The notes beneath the pieces are model-generated. The model searched no databases. It was not told where the DNA came from and worked only from the letters and a program-made list of their open reading frames with translations. A stretch of 64,000 bases of DNA from Eutreptiella sp. 'Long Island Sound 2002' (taxonomy: Eukaryota > Protista > Euglenida), in NCBI GenBank assembly GCA_964036045.1, contig OZ038379.1, forward strand, positions 4,774,001 to 4,838,000. Reading direction: 5' to 3'. Each line of letters starts with the position of its first letter. The first letter of the stretch is position 1. This document shows positions 1-13,000 of this stretch, piece after piece. A program made the position numbers and the translations under genes.

Positions 1-138
1 CGCCCCCCCCCCCCCCCGGCGCAGCGACCACCCCCTGGTCAAAACAGCGCTCTTCCCTGCACTCATTTTTTGAAAAGGGCTGTGTTTTCATGGAGAGGGA
101 CGAATTGTGGTGCCTGCAGCACAAAAATTCATGTATGC

Positions 139-222
139 GGGACGAATGTTGATGCATGTGAGATGACAATTGAGGTACACAGGACGAAAATGGAGGCAAG
201 TAGGACGATGTACAGACAAAAG
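139..222. repeat. Degenerate 21-bp tandem repeat, about 4 copies
   Basis: GGACGA recurs at 139/140, 181/182 and 202/203, which are multiples of 21 bp apart. Confidence 0.45.
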
Positions 223-670
223 CTGAGGCAAACTGCAATGACTGCTGTCCTTGTCTACCACGGAGAACATCCCCAATGAAGATTTGCGGACGCCTCTCGA
301 GCGTGCCTTCTTCCCCAACAATTTGAGGCTTGCTCAGCTTGAAGATGTTGCGCATTGGGCAGCAAACCACCCAATGACCACCATTTCCTCTGGGAAGGGT
401 ATTTGGCATTCTGCCCCCGGTGCAGCCATGTTTTAGAAGCCGAAAACGGTGAGGAGAAGGGTCACACACACGCACACACACGCACACCCTATCAACCCCC
501 CGGGTCCAAACCTCTAAGTCGTCCGAAAATTGGAATGTGGCCAATGCAGAAGAACTCCAGTGCTTTTGGCGCCACTGATGTGCCATATGATGCAACCTTC
601 TTTGTCCACTGTCCACAGGTGAAACAATTTATCAGCTTTGTGGTTGGTGGGCTGTGAGTGTACACTATCC

Positions 671-805
671 AGAGCCCACCAGTAATTACCAGCAGCCATC
701 CAGAGCTCACTGGGAATTAACAGCAACCAACGAAAGCCCACCAGGAATTACGAGCAACAATCTCCAGCCCACTAGGAAATAACATTGACCATCCCAAACC
801 CACCC
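671..805. repeat. Degenerate 31-bp tandem repeat, about 4.3 copies
   Basis: Units start at 671 AGAGCCCACC, 702 AGAGCTCACT, 733 AAAGCCCACC, 764 CCAGCCCACT and 795 CAAACCCACC. Confidence 0.75.
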
Positions 806-1063
806 TGTAGTGGCATCATTCTGGCGCCTATGGCACCAAAACCTCTCAAATGCCAGTTGCTAAGGAGGAACCCCCCGTGAACGGTACCGGCAACAGCCCG
901 TCTCCGGGACAGCCGACCCTGGAGTAGTCAAACAGGACAAGGCATCCAGGGGCTCCGTTGACACAACCAAAACACGTTCGCACCCACATGTCAATTGCAA
1001 GCTCTGCCATGAGAGTGTCAGATAAAACCTGAAGCCCGGCATATGCAACCGGAGTACTCACCC

Positions 1064-4000
1064 CACAAACCATGCATGGAACAAGTTACTACATGAATGC
1101 ACATGCCTATTTCTACCAGGGGTAGTGAACAATGATGGAGTGTGTCATGCAGCCCCTAGTGGTAAGTCCATTTTCAGAAAGCATCGGTGTGATAACTGGT
1201 AGCACCTCCAAAGCCAGATATTTTTTCTGCTTGAGGTGTTATGATCTGGGTGAGTGCAATAGCTGTTTGTTGACAACAGCGTTAGGTGGTAGACAGTGTC
1301 GAAACTGCAGTCACACTGAGAGGGAAATGTTTTATGTGGTGGGCACACTCTGTCCACAATGCAGTTGCTAAGAGTCAATTCCAAAACTGGTCATGGTTGT
1401 TGTTTGTAGAGGAGGCATTGAATTGTGCCACACCATCAGATGGCATGGTTGCTCTTTCGATGTGCAACTGTGAAGAAGTATGGTGAAGATTGTGGTGTTT
1501 TTCCCCATGTTTTCAGGAGATTATTCTTTTTATGTGCTGCGTAATTGGAAGTTATGTTTTTACACTCCATGAGAGTACCAGGGGCATTGTGTTACTTTAT
1601 ATTTTGCCATGAATTGTACACCTTGTTAGTACCTTCACAGTCATACACACCATGAGATGCGTCAAAGTGTAGTAGAAGTGGATTGCATTTATTCATGCAC
1701 ATTTTGCAAAGTGATTTTGAGATTGATGTGATATGGCCCCGGTAGCATGCCACAATTTCATGGGATGCAGCCGTTGATTTGCAATGGCATTCCCATCATC
1801 ATAGGCTTGATGCCTCTCTCATGATGTGAGGTAGGCATAGGTTGGGTGTTGAACAAGTGTGAAGTTGTAGCTGTACAGCCGATGTTGACAGTTGATGCCG
1901 TATCTGTCTGCATCACAAACCATGCATGGAACAAGTTATTACATGAATGCACATGCCTGTTACTACCAGGGGTAGTGAACAATGATGGAGTGTGTCATGC
2001 AGCCCCTAGTGGTAAGTCCATTTTCAGAAAGCATCGATGTGATAACTGGTAGCACCTCCAAAGCCAGATATTTTTTCTGCTTGAGGTGTTATGATCTGGG
2101 TGAGTGCAATAGCTGTTTGTTGACAACAGCGTTAGGTGGTAGACAGTGTCAAAACTGCAGTCACACTGAGAGGGAAATGTTTTATATGGTGGGCACTCTC
2201 TGTCCACAATGCAGTTGCTAAGAGTCAATTCCAAAACTGGTCATGGTTGTTGTTTGTAGAGGAGGCATTGAATTGTGTCACACCATCAGATGGCATGGTT
2301 GCTCTTTCGATGTGCAACTGTGAAGAAGTATGGTGAAGATTGTGGTGTTTTCCCCCATGTTTTCAGGAGATTATTCTTTTTATGTGCTGCGTAATTGGAA
2401 GTTATGTTTTTACACTCCATGAGAGTACCAGGGGCATTGTGTTACTTTATATTTTGCCATGAATTGTACACCTTGTTAGTACCTTCACAGTCATACACAC
2501 CATGAGATGCGTCAAAGTGTAGTAGAAGTGGATTGCATTTATTCATGCACATTTTGCAAAGTGATTTTGAGATTGATGTGATATGGCCCCGGTAGCATGC
2601 CACAATTTCATGGGATGCAGCCGTTGATTTGCAATGGCATTCCCATCATCATAGGCTTGATGCCTCTCTCATGATGTGAGGTAGGCATAGGTTGGGTATT
2701 GAACAAGTGTGAAGTTGTAGCTGTACAGCCGATGTTGACAGTTGATGCCGTATCTGTCTGCATCACAAACCATGCATGGAACAAGTTACTACATGAATGC
2801 ACATGCCTGTTACTACCAGGGGTAGTGAACAATGATGGAGTGTGTCATGCAGCCCCTAGTGGTAAGTCCATTTTCAGAAAGCATCGATGTGATAAATGGT
2901 AGCACCTCCAAAGCCCGATGTTTCGTCTGCTTGAGGTGTTATGATCTGGGTGAGTGCAATAGCTGTTTGTTGACAACAGCGTTAGGTGGTAGACAGTGTC
3001 AAAACTGCAGTCACACTGAGAGGGAAATGTTTTATATGGTGGGCACTCTCTGTCCACAATGCAGTTGCTAAGAGTCAATTCCAAAACTGGTCATGGTTGT
3101 TGTTTGTAGAGGAGGCATTGAATTGTGTCACACCATCAGATGGCATGGTTGCTCTTTCGATGTGCAACTGTGAAGAAGTATGGTGAAGATTGTGGTGTTT
3201 TTCCCCATGTTTTCAGGAGATTATTCTTTTTATGTGCTGCGTAATTGGAAGTTATGTTTTTACACTCCATGAGAGTACCAGGGGCATTGTGTTACTTTAT
3301 ATTTTGCCATGAATTGTACACCTTGTTAGTACCTTCACAGTCATACACACCATGAGATGCGTCAAAGTGTAGTAGAAGTGGATTGCATTTATTCATGCAC
3401 ATTTTGCAAAGTGATTTTGAGATTGATGTGATATGGCCCCGGTAGCATGCCACAATTTCATGGGATGCAGCCGTTGATTTGCAATGGCATTCCCATCATC
3501 ATAGGCTTGATGCCTCTCTCATGATGTGAGGTAGGCATAGGTTGGGTGTTGAACAAGTGTGAAGTTGTAGCTGTACAGCCGATGTTGACAGTTGATGCCG
3601 TATCTGTCTGCATCACAAACCATGCATGGAACAAGTTACTACATGAATGCACATGCCTGTTACTACCAGGGGTAGAGAACAATGATGGAGTGTGTCATGC
3701 AGCCCCTAGTGGTAAGTCCATTTTCAGAAAGCATTGATGCGATAACTGGTAGCACCTCCAAAGCCAGATATTTTTTCTGCTTGAGGTGTTATGATCTGGG
3801 TGAGTGCAATAGCTGTTTGTTGACAACAGCGTTAGGTGGTAGACAGTGTCAAAACTGCAGTCACACTGAGAGGGAAATGTTTTATATGGTGGACACTCTT
3901 TGTTCACAATGCAGTTGCTAAGAGTCAATTCCAAAACTGGTCATGGTTGTTGTTTGTAGAGGAGGCATTGAATTGTGCCACACCATCAGATGGCATGGTT

Positions 4001-7000
4001 GCTCTTTCGATGTGCAACTGTGAAGAAGTATGGTGAAGATTGTGGTGTTTTCCCCCATGTTTTCAGGAGATTATTCTTTTTATGTGCTGCGTAATTGGAA
4101 GTTATGTTTTTACACTCCATGAGAGTACCAGGGGCATTGTGTTACTTTATGTTTTGCCATGAATTGTACACCTTGTTAGTACCTTCACAGTCATACACAC
4201 CATGAGATGCGTCAAAGTGTAGTAGAAGTGGATTGCATTTATTCATGCACATTTTGCAAAGTGATTTTGAGATTGATGTGATATGGACCCGGTACTATGC
4301 CACAATTTCATGGGATGCAGCCGTTGATTTGCAATGGCATTCCCATCGTCATAGGCTTGATGCCTCTCTCATGATGTGAGGTAGGCATAGGTTGGGTGTT
4401 GAACAAGTGTGAAGTTGTAGCTGTACAGCCGATGTTGACAGTTGATGCCGTATCTGTCTGCATCACAAACCATGCATGGAACAAGTTATTACATGAATGC
4501 ACATGCCTGTTACTACCAGGGGTAGTGAACAATGATGGAGTGTGTCATGCAGCCCCTAGTGGTAAGTCCATTTTCAGAAAGCATCGGTGTGATAACTGGT
4601 AGCACCTCCAAAGCCAGATATTTTTTCTGCTTGAGGTGTTATGATCTGGGTGAGTGCAATAGCTGTTTGTTGACAACAACATTAGGTGGTAGACAGTGTC
4701 AAAACTGCAGTCACACTGAGAGGGAAATGTTTTATGTGGTGGGCACACTCTGTCCACAATGCAGTTGCTAAGAGTCAATTCCAAAACTGGTCATGGTTGT
4801 TGTTTGTAGAGGAGGCATTGAATTGTGCCACACCATCAGATGGCATGGTTGCTCTTTCGATGTGCAACTGTGAAGAAGTATGGTGAAGATTGTGGTGTTT
4901 TCCCCCATGTTTTCAGGAGATTATTCTTTTTATGTGCTGCGTAATTGGAAGTTATGTTTTTACACTCCATGAGAGTACCAGGGGCATTGTGTTACTTTAT
5001 ATTTTGCCATGAATTGTACACCTTGTTAGTACCTTCACAGTCATACACACCATGAGATGCGTCAAAGTGTAGTAGAAGTGGATTGCATTTATTCATGCAC
5101 ATTTTGCAAAGTGATTTTGAGATTGATGTGATATGGCCCCGGTAGCATGCCACAATTTCATGGGATGCAGCCGTTGATTTGCAATGGCATTCCCATCATC
5201 ATAGGCTTGATGCCTCTCTCATGATGTGAGGTAGGCATAGGTTGGGTGTTGAACAAGTGTGAAGTTGTAGCTGTACAGCCGATGTTGACAGTTGATGCCG
5301 TATCTGTCTGCATCACAAACCATGCATGGAACAAGTTACTACATGAATGCACATGCCTATTTCTACCAGGGGTAGAGAACAATGATGGAGTGTGTCATGC
5401 AGCCCCTAGTGGTAAGTCCATTTTCAGAAAGCATCGATGTGATAACTGGTAGCACCTCCAAAGCCAGATATTTTTTCTGCTTGAGGTGTTATGATCTGGG
5501 TGAGTGCAATAGCTGTTTGTTGACAACAGCGTTAGGTGGTAGACAGTGTCAAAACTGCAGTCACACTTGGAGGGAAATGTTTTATATGGTGGGCACTCTC
5601 TGTCCACAATGCAGTTGCTAAGAGTCAATTCCAAAACTGGTCATGGTTGTTGTTTGTAGAGGAGGCATTGAATTGTGTCACACCATCAGATGGCATGGTT
5701 GCTCTTTCGATGTGCAACTGTGAAGAAGTATGGTGAAGATTGTGGTGTTTTCCCCCATGTTTTCAGGAGATTATTCTTTTATGTGCTGCGTAATTGGAAG
5801 TTATGTTTTTACACTCCATGAGAGTACCAGGGGCATTGTGTTACTTTATATTTTGCCATGAATTGTACACCTTGTTAGTACCTTCACAGTCATACACACC
5901 ATGAGATGCGTCAAAGTGTAGTAGAAGTGGATTGCATTTATTCATGCACATTTTGCAAAGTGATTTTGAGATTGATGTGATATGGCCCCGGTAGCATGCC
6001 ACAATTTCATGGGATGCAGCCGTTGATTTGCAATGGCATTCCCATCATCATAGGCTTGATGCCTCTCTCATGATGTGAGGTAGGCATAGGTTGGGTGTTG
6101 AACAAGTGTGAAGTTGTAGCTGTACAGCCGATGTTGACAGTTGATGCCGTATCTGTCTGCATCACAAACCATGCATGGAACAAGTTACTACATGAATGCA
6201 CATGCCTGTTACTACCAGGGGTAGAGAACAATGATGGAGTGTGTCATGCAGCCCCTAGTGGTAAGTCCATTTTCAGAAAGCATTGATGCGATAAATGGTA
6301 GCACCTCCAAAGCCAGATATTTTTTCTGCTTGAGGTGTTGTGATCTGGGTGAGTGCAATAGCTGTTTGTTGACAACAGCGTCAGGTGGTAGACAGTGTCA
6401 AAACTGCAGTCACACTGAGAGGGAAATGTTTTATATGGTGGACACTCTTTGTTCACAATGCAGTTGCTAAGAGTCAATTCCAAAACTGGTCATGGTTGTT
6501 GTTTGTAGAGGAGGCATTGAATTGTGCCACACCATCAGATGGCATGGTTGCTCTTTCGATGTGCAACTGTGAAGAAGTATGGTGAAGATTGTGGTGTTTT
6601 CCCCCATGTTTTCAGGAGATTATTCTTTTATGTGCTGCGTAATTGGAAGTTATGTTTTTACACTCCATGAGAGTACCAGGGGCATTGTGTTACTTTATAT
6701 TTTGCCATGAATTGTACACCTTGTTAGTACCTTCACAGTCATACACACCATGAGATGCGTCAAAGTGTAGTAGAAGTGGATTGCATTTATTCATGCACAT
6801 TTTGCAAAGTGATTTTGAGATTGATGTGATATGGACCCGGTACTATGCCACAATTTCATGGGATGCAGCCGTTGATTTGCAATGGCATTCCCATCGTCAT
6901 AGGCTTGATGCCTCTCTCATGATGTGAGGTAGGCATAGGTTGGGTGTTGAACAAGTGTGAAGTTGTAGCTGTACAGCCGATGTTGACAGTTGATGCCGTA

Positions 7001-10000
7001 TCTGTCTGCATCACAAACCATGCATGGAACAAGTTATTACATGAATGCACATGCCTGTTACTACCAGGGGTAGTGAACAATGATGGAGTGTGTCATGCAG
7101 CCCCTAGTGGTAAGTCCATTTTCAGAAAGCATCGATGTGATAACTGGTAGCACCTCCAAAGCCAGATATTTTTTCTGCTTGAGGTGTTATGATCTGGGTG
7201 AGTGCAATAGCTGTTTGTTGACAACAGCGTCAGGTGGTAGACAGTGTCAAAACTGCAGTCACACTGAGAGGGAAATGTTTTATGTGGTGGGCACACTCTG
7301 TCCACAATGCAGTTGCTAAGAGTCAATTCCAAAACTGGTCATGGTTGTTGTTTGTAGAGGAGGCATTGAATTGTGCCACACCATCAGATGGCATGGTTGC
7401 TCTTTCGATGTGCAACTGTGAAGAAGTATGGTGAAGATTGTGGTGTTTTTCCCCATGTTTTCAGGAGATTATTCTTTTTATGTGCTGCGTAATTGGAAGT
7501 TATGTTTTTACACTCCATGAGAGTACCAGGGGCATTGTGTTACTTTATATTTTGCCATGAATTGTACACCTTGTTAGTACCTTCACAGTTATACACACCA
7601 TGAGATGCGTCAAAGTGTAGTAGAAGTGGATTGCATTTATTCATGCACATTTTGCAAAGTGATTTTGAGATTGATGTGATATGGCCCCGGTAGCATGCCA
7701 CAATTTCATGGGATGCAGCCGTTGATTTGCAATGGCATTCCCATCATCATAGGCTTGATGCCTCTCTCATGATGTGAGGTAGGCATAGGTTGGGTGTTGA
7801 ACAAGTGTGAAGTTGTAGCTGTACAGCCGATGTTGACAGTTGATGCCGTATCTGTCTGCATCACAAACCATGCATGGAACAAGTTACTACATGAATGCAC
7901 ATGCCTATTTCTACCAGGGGTAGTGAACAATGATGGAGTGTGTCATGCAGCCCCTAGTGGTAAGTCCATTTTCAGAAAGCATCGATGTGATAACTGGTAG
8001 CACCTCCAAAGCCAGATATTTTTTCTGCTTGAGGTGTTATGATCTGGGTGAGTGCAATAGCTGTTTGTTGACAACAGCGTTAGGTGGTAGACAGTGTCAA
8101 AACTGCAGTCACACTGAGAGGGAAATGTTTTATATGGTGGGCACTCTCTGTCCACAATGCAGTTGCTAAGAGTCAATTCCAAAACTGGTCATGGTTGTTG
8201 TTTGTAGAGGAGGCATTGAATTGTGTCACACCATCAGATGGCATGGTTGCTCTTTCGATGTGCAACTGTGAAGAAGTATGGTGAAGATTGTGGTGTTTTT
8301 CCCCATGTTTTCAGGAGATTATTCTTTTTATGTGCTGCGTAATTGGAAGTTATGTTTTTACACTCCATGAGAGTACCAGGGGCATTGTGTTACTTTATAT
8401 TTTGCCATGAATTGTACACCTTGTTAGTACCTTCACAGTCATACACACCATGAGATGCGTCAAAGTGTAGTAGAAGTGGATTGCATTTATTCATGCACAT
8501 TTTGCAAAGTGATTTTGAGATTGATGTGATATGGCCCCGGTAGCATGCCACAATTTCATGGGATGCAGCCGTTGATTTGCAATGGCATTCCCATCATCAT
8601 AGGCTTGATGCCTCTCTCATGATGTGAGGTAGGCATAGGTTGGGTATTGAACAAGTGTGAAGTTGTAGCTGTACAGCCGATGTTGACAGTTGATGCCGTA
8701 TCTGTCTGCATCACAAACCATGCATGGAACAAGTTACTACATGAATGCACATGCCTGTTACTACCAGGGGTAGAGAACAATGATGGAGTGTGTCATGCAG
8801 CCCCTAGTGGTAAGTCCATTTTCAGAAAGCATCGATGTGATAAATGGTAGCACCTCCAAAGCCAGATATTTTTTCTGCTTGAGGTGTTATGATCTGGGTG
8901 AGTGCAATAGCTGTTTGTTGACAACAGCGTCAGGTGGTAGACAGTGTCAAAACTGCAGTCACACTGAGAGGGAAATGTTTTATATGGCGGACACTCTTTG
9001 TTCACAATGCAGTTGCTAAGAGTCAATTCCAAAACTGGTCATGGTTGTTGTTTGTAGAGGAGGCATTGAATTGTGTCACACCATCAGATGGCATGGTTGC
9101 TCTTTCGATGTGCAACTGTGAAGAAGTATGGTGAAGATTGTGGTGTTTTTCCCCATGTTTTCAGGAGATTATTCTTTTTATGTGCTGCGTAATTGGAAGT
9201 TATGTTTTTACACTCCATGAGAGTACCAGGGGCATTGTGTTACTTTATATTTTGCCATGAATTGTACACCTTGTTAGTACCTTCACAGTCATACACACCA
9301 TGAGATGCGTCAAAGTGTAGTAGAAGTGGATTGCATTTATTCATGCACATTTTGCAAAGTGATTTTGAGATTGATGTGATATGGCCCCGGTAGCATGCCA
9401 CAATTTCATGGGATGCAGCCGTTGATTTGCAATGGCATTCCCATCATCATAGGCTTGATGCCTCTCTCATGATGTGAGGTAGGCATAGGTTGGGTATTGA
9501 ACAAGTGTGAAGTTGTAGCTGTACAGCCGATGTTGACAGTTGATGCCGTATCTGTCTGCATCACAAACCATGCATGGAACAAGTTACTACATGAATGCAC
9601 ATGCCTGTTACTACCAGGGGTAGAGAACAATGATGGAGTGTGTCATGCAGCCCCTAGTGGTAAGTCCATTTTCAGAAAGCATCGATGTGATAAATGGTAG
9701 CACCTCCAAAGCCAGATATTTTTTCTGCTTGAGGTGTTATGATCTGGGTGAGTGCAATAGCTGTTTGTTGACAACAGCGTCAGGTGGTAGACAGTGTCAA
9801 AACTGCAGTCACACTGAGAGGGAAATGTTTTATATGGCGGACACTCTTTGTTCACAATGCAGTTGCTAAGAGTCAATTCCAAAACTGGTCATGGTTGTTG
9901 TTTGTAGAGGAGGCATTGAATTGTGCCACACCATCAGATGGCATGGTTGCTCTTTCGATGTGCAACTGTGAAGAAGTATGGTGAAGATTGTGGTGTTTTT

Positions 10001-13000
10001 CCCCATGTTTTCAGGAGATTATTCTTTTTATGTGCTGCGTAATTGGAAGTTATGTTTTTACACTCCATGAGAGTACCAGGGGCATTGTGTTACTTTATGT
10101 TTTGCCATGAATTGTACACCTTGTTAGTACCTTCACAGTCATGCACACCATGAGATGCGTCAAAGTGTAGTAGAAGTGGATTGCATTTATTCATGCACAT
10201 TTTGCAAAGTGATTTTGAGATTGATGTGATATGGACCCGGTAGCATGCCACAATTTCATGGGATGCAGCCGTTGATTTGCAATGGCATTCCCATCATCAT
10301 AGGACTGATGCCTCTCTCATGATGTGAGGTAGGCATAGGTTGGGTGTGGAACAAGTGTGAAGTTGTAGCTGTACAGCCGATGTTGACAGTTGATGCCGTA
10401 TCTGTCTGCATCACAAACCATGCATGGAACAAGTTATTACATGAATGCACATGCCTGTTACTACCAGGGGTAGAGAACAATGATGGAGTGTGTCATGCAG
10501 CCCCTAGTGGTAAGTCCATTTTCAGAAAGCATCGATGTGATAAATGGTAGCACCTCCAAAGCCAGATATTTTTTCTGCTTGAGGTGTTATGATCTGGGTG
10601 AGTGCAATAGCTGTTTGTTGACAACAGCGTCAGGTGGTAGACAGTGTCAAAACTGCAGTCACACTGAGAGGGAAATGTTTTATATGGTGGACACTCTTTG
10701 TTCACAATGCAGTTGCTAAGAGTCAATTCCAAAACTGGTCATGGTTGTTGTTTGTAGAGGAGGCATTGAATTGTGTCACACCATCAGATGGCATGGTTGC
10801 TCTTTCGATGTGCAACTGTGAAGAAGTATGGTGAAGATTGTGGTGTTTTCCCCCATGTTTTCAGGAGATTATTCTTTTATGTGCTGCGTAATTGGAAGTT
10901 ATGTTTTTACACTCCATGAGAGTACCAGGGGCATTGTGTTACTTTATGTTTTGCCATGAATTGTACACCTTGTTAGTACCTTCACAGTCATACACACCAT
11001 GAGATGCGTCAAAGTGTAGTAGAAGTGGATTGCATTTATTCATGCACATTTTGCAAAGTGATTTTGAGATTGATGTGATATGGACCCGGTACTATGCCAC
11101 AATTTCATGGGATGCAGCCGTTGATTTGCAATGGCATTCCCATCGTCATAGGCTTGATGCCTCTCTCATGATGTGAGGTAGGCATAGGTTGGGTGTTGAA
11201 CAAGTGTGAAGTTGTAGCTGTACAGCCGATGTTGACAGTTGATGCCGTATCTGTCTGCATCACAAACCATGCATGGAACAAGTTATTACACGAATGCACA
11301 TGCCTGTTACTACCAGGGGTAGTGAACAATGATGGAGTGTGTCATGCAGCCCCTAGTGGTAAGTCCATTTTCAGAAAGCATCGATGTGATAACTGGTAGC
11401 ACCTCCAAAGCCAGATATTTTTTCTGCTTGAGGTGTTATGATCTGGGTGAGTGCAATAGCTGTTTGTTGACAACAGCGTTAGGTGGTAGACAGTGTCAAA
11501 ACTGCAGTCACACTGAGAGGGAAATGTTTTATATGGTGGACACTCTTTGTTCACAATGCAGTTGCTAAGAGTCAATTCCAAAACTGGTCATGGTTGTTGT
11601 TTGTAGAGGAGGCATTGAATTGTGTCACACCATCAGATGGCATGGTTGCTCTTTCGATGTGCAACTGTGAAGAAGTATGGTGAAGATTGTGGTGTTTTTC
11701 CCCATGTTTTCAGGAGATTATTCTTTTTATGTGCTGCGTAATTGGAAGTTATGTTTTTACACTCCATGAGAGTACCAGGGGCATTGTGTTACTTTATATT
11801 TTGCCATGAATTGTACATCTTGTTAGTACCTTCACAGTCATACACACCATGAGATGCGTCAAAGTGTAGTAGAAGTGGATTGCATTTATTCATGCACATT
11901 TTGCAAAGTGATTTTGAGATTGATGTGATATGGACCCGGTACTATGCCACAATTTCATGGGATGCAGCCGTTGATTTGCAATGGCATTCCCATCATCATA
12001 GGCTTGATGCCTCTCTCATGATGTGAGGTAGGCATAGGTTGGGTGTTGAACAAGTGTGAAGTTGTAGCTGTACAGCCGATGTTGACAGTTGATGCCGTAT
12101 CTGTCTGCATCACAAACCATGCATGGAACAAGTTATTACACGAATGCACATGCCTGTTACTACCAGGGGTAGTGAACAATGATGGAGTGTGTCATGCAGC
12201 CCCTAGTGGTAAGTCCATTTTCAGAAAGCATCGATGTGATAAATGGTAGCACCTCCAAAGCCAGATATTTTTTCTGCTTGAGGTGTTATGATCTGGGTGA
12301 GTGCAATAGCTGTTTGTTGACAACAGCGTTAGGTGGTAGACAGTGTCAAAACTGCAGTCACACTGAGAGGGAAATGTTTTATATGGTGGACACTCTTTGT
12401 TCACAATGCAGTTGCTAAGAGTCAATTCCAAAACTGGTCATGGTTGTTGTTTGTAGAGGAGGCATTGAATTGTGTCACACCATCAGATGGCATGGTTGCT
12501 CTTTCGATGTGCAACTGTGAAGAAGTATGGTGAAGATTGTGGTGTTTTTCCCCATGTTTTCAGGAGATTATTCTTTTTATGTGCTGCGTAATTGGAAGTT
12601 ATGTTTTTACACTCCATGAGAGTACCAGGGGCATTGTGTTACTTTATATTTTGCCATGAATTGTACATCTTGTTAGTACCTTCACAGTCATACACACCAT
12701 GAGATGCGTCAAAGTGTAGTAGAAGTGGATTGCATTTATTCATGCACATTTTGCAAAGTGATTTTGAGATTGATGTGATATGGACCCGGTACTATGCCAC
12801 AATTTCATGGGATGCAGCCGTTGATTTGCAATGGCATTCCCATCATCATAGGCTTGATGCCTCTCTCATGATGTGAGGTAGGCATAGGTTGGGTGTTGAA
12901 CAAGTGTGAAGTTGTAGCTGTACAGCCGATGTTGACAGTTGATGCCGTATCTGTCTGCATCACAAACCATGCATGGAACAAGTTACTACATGAATGCACA

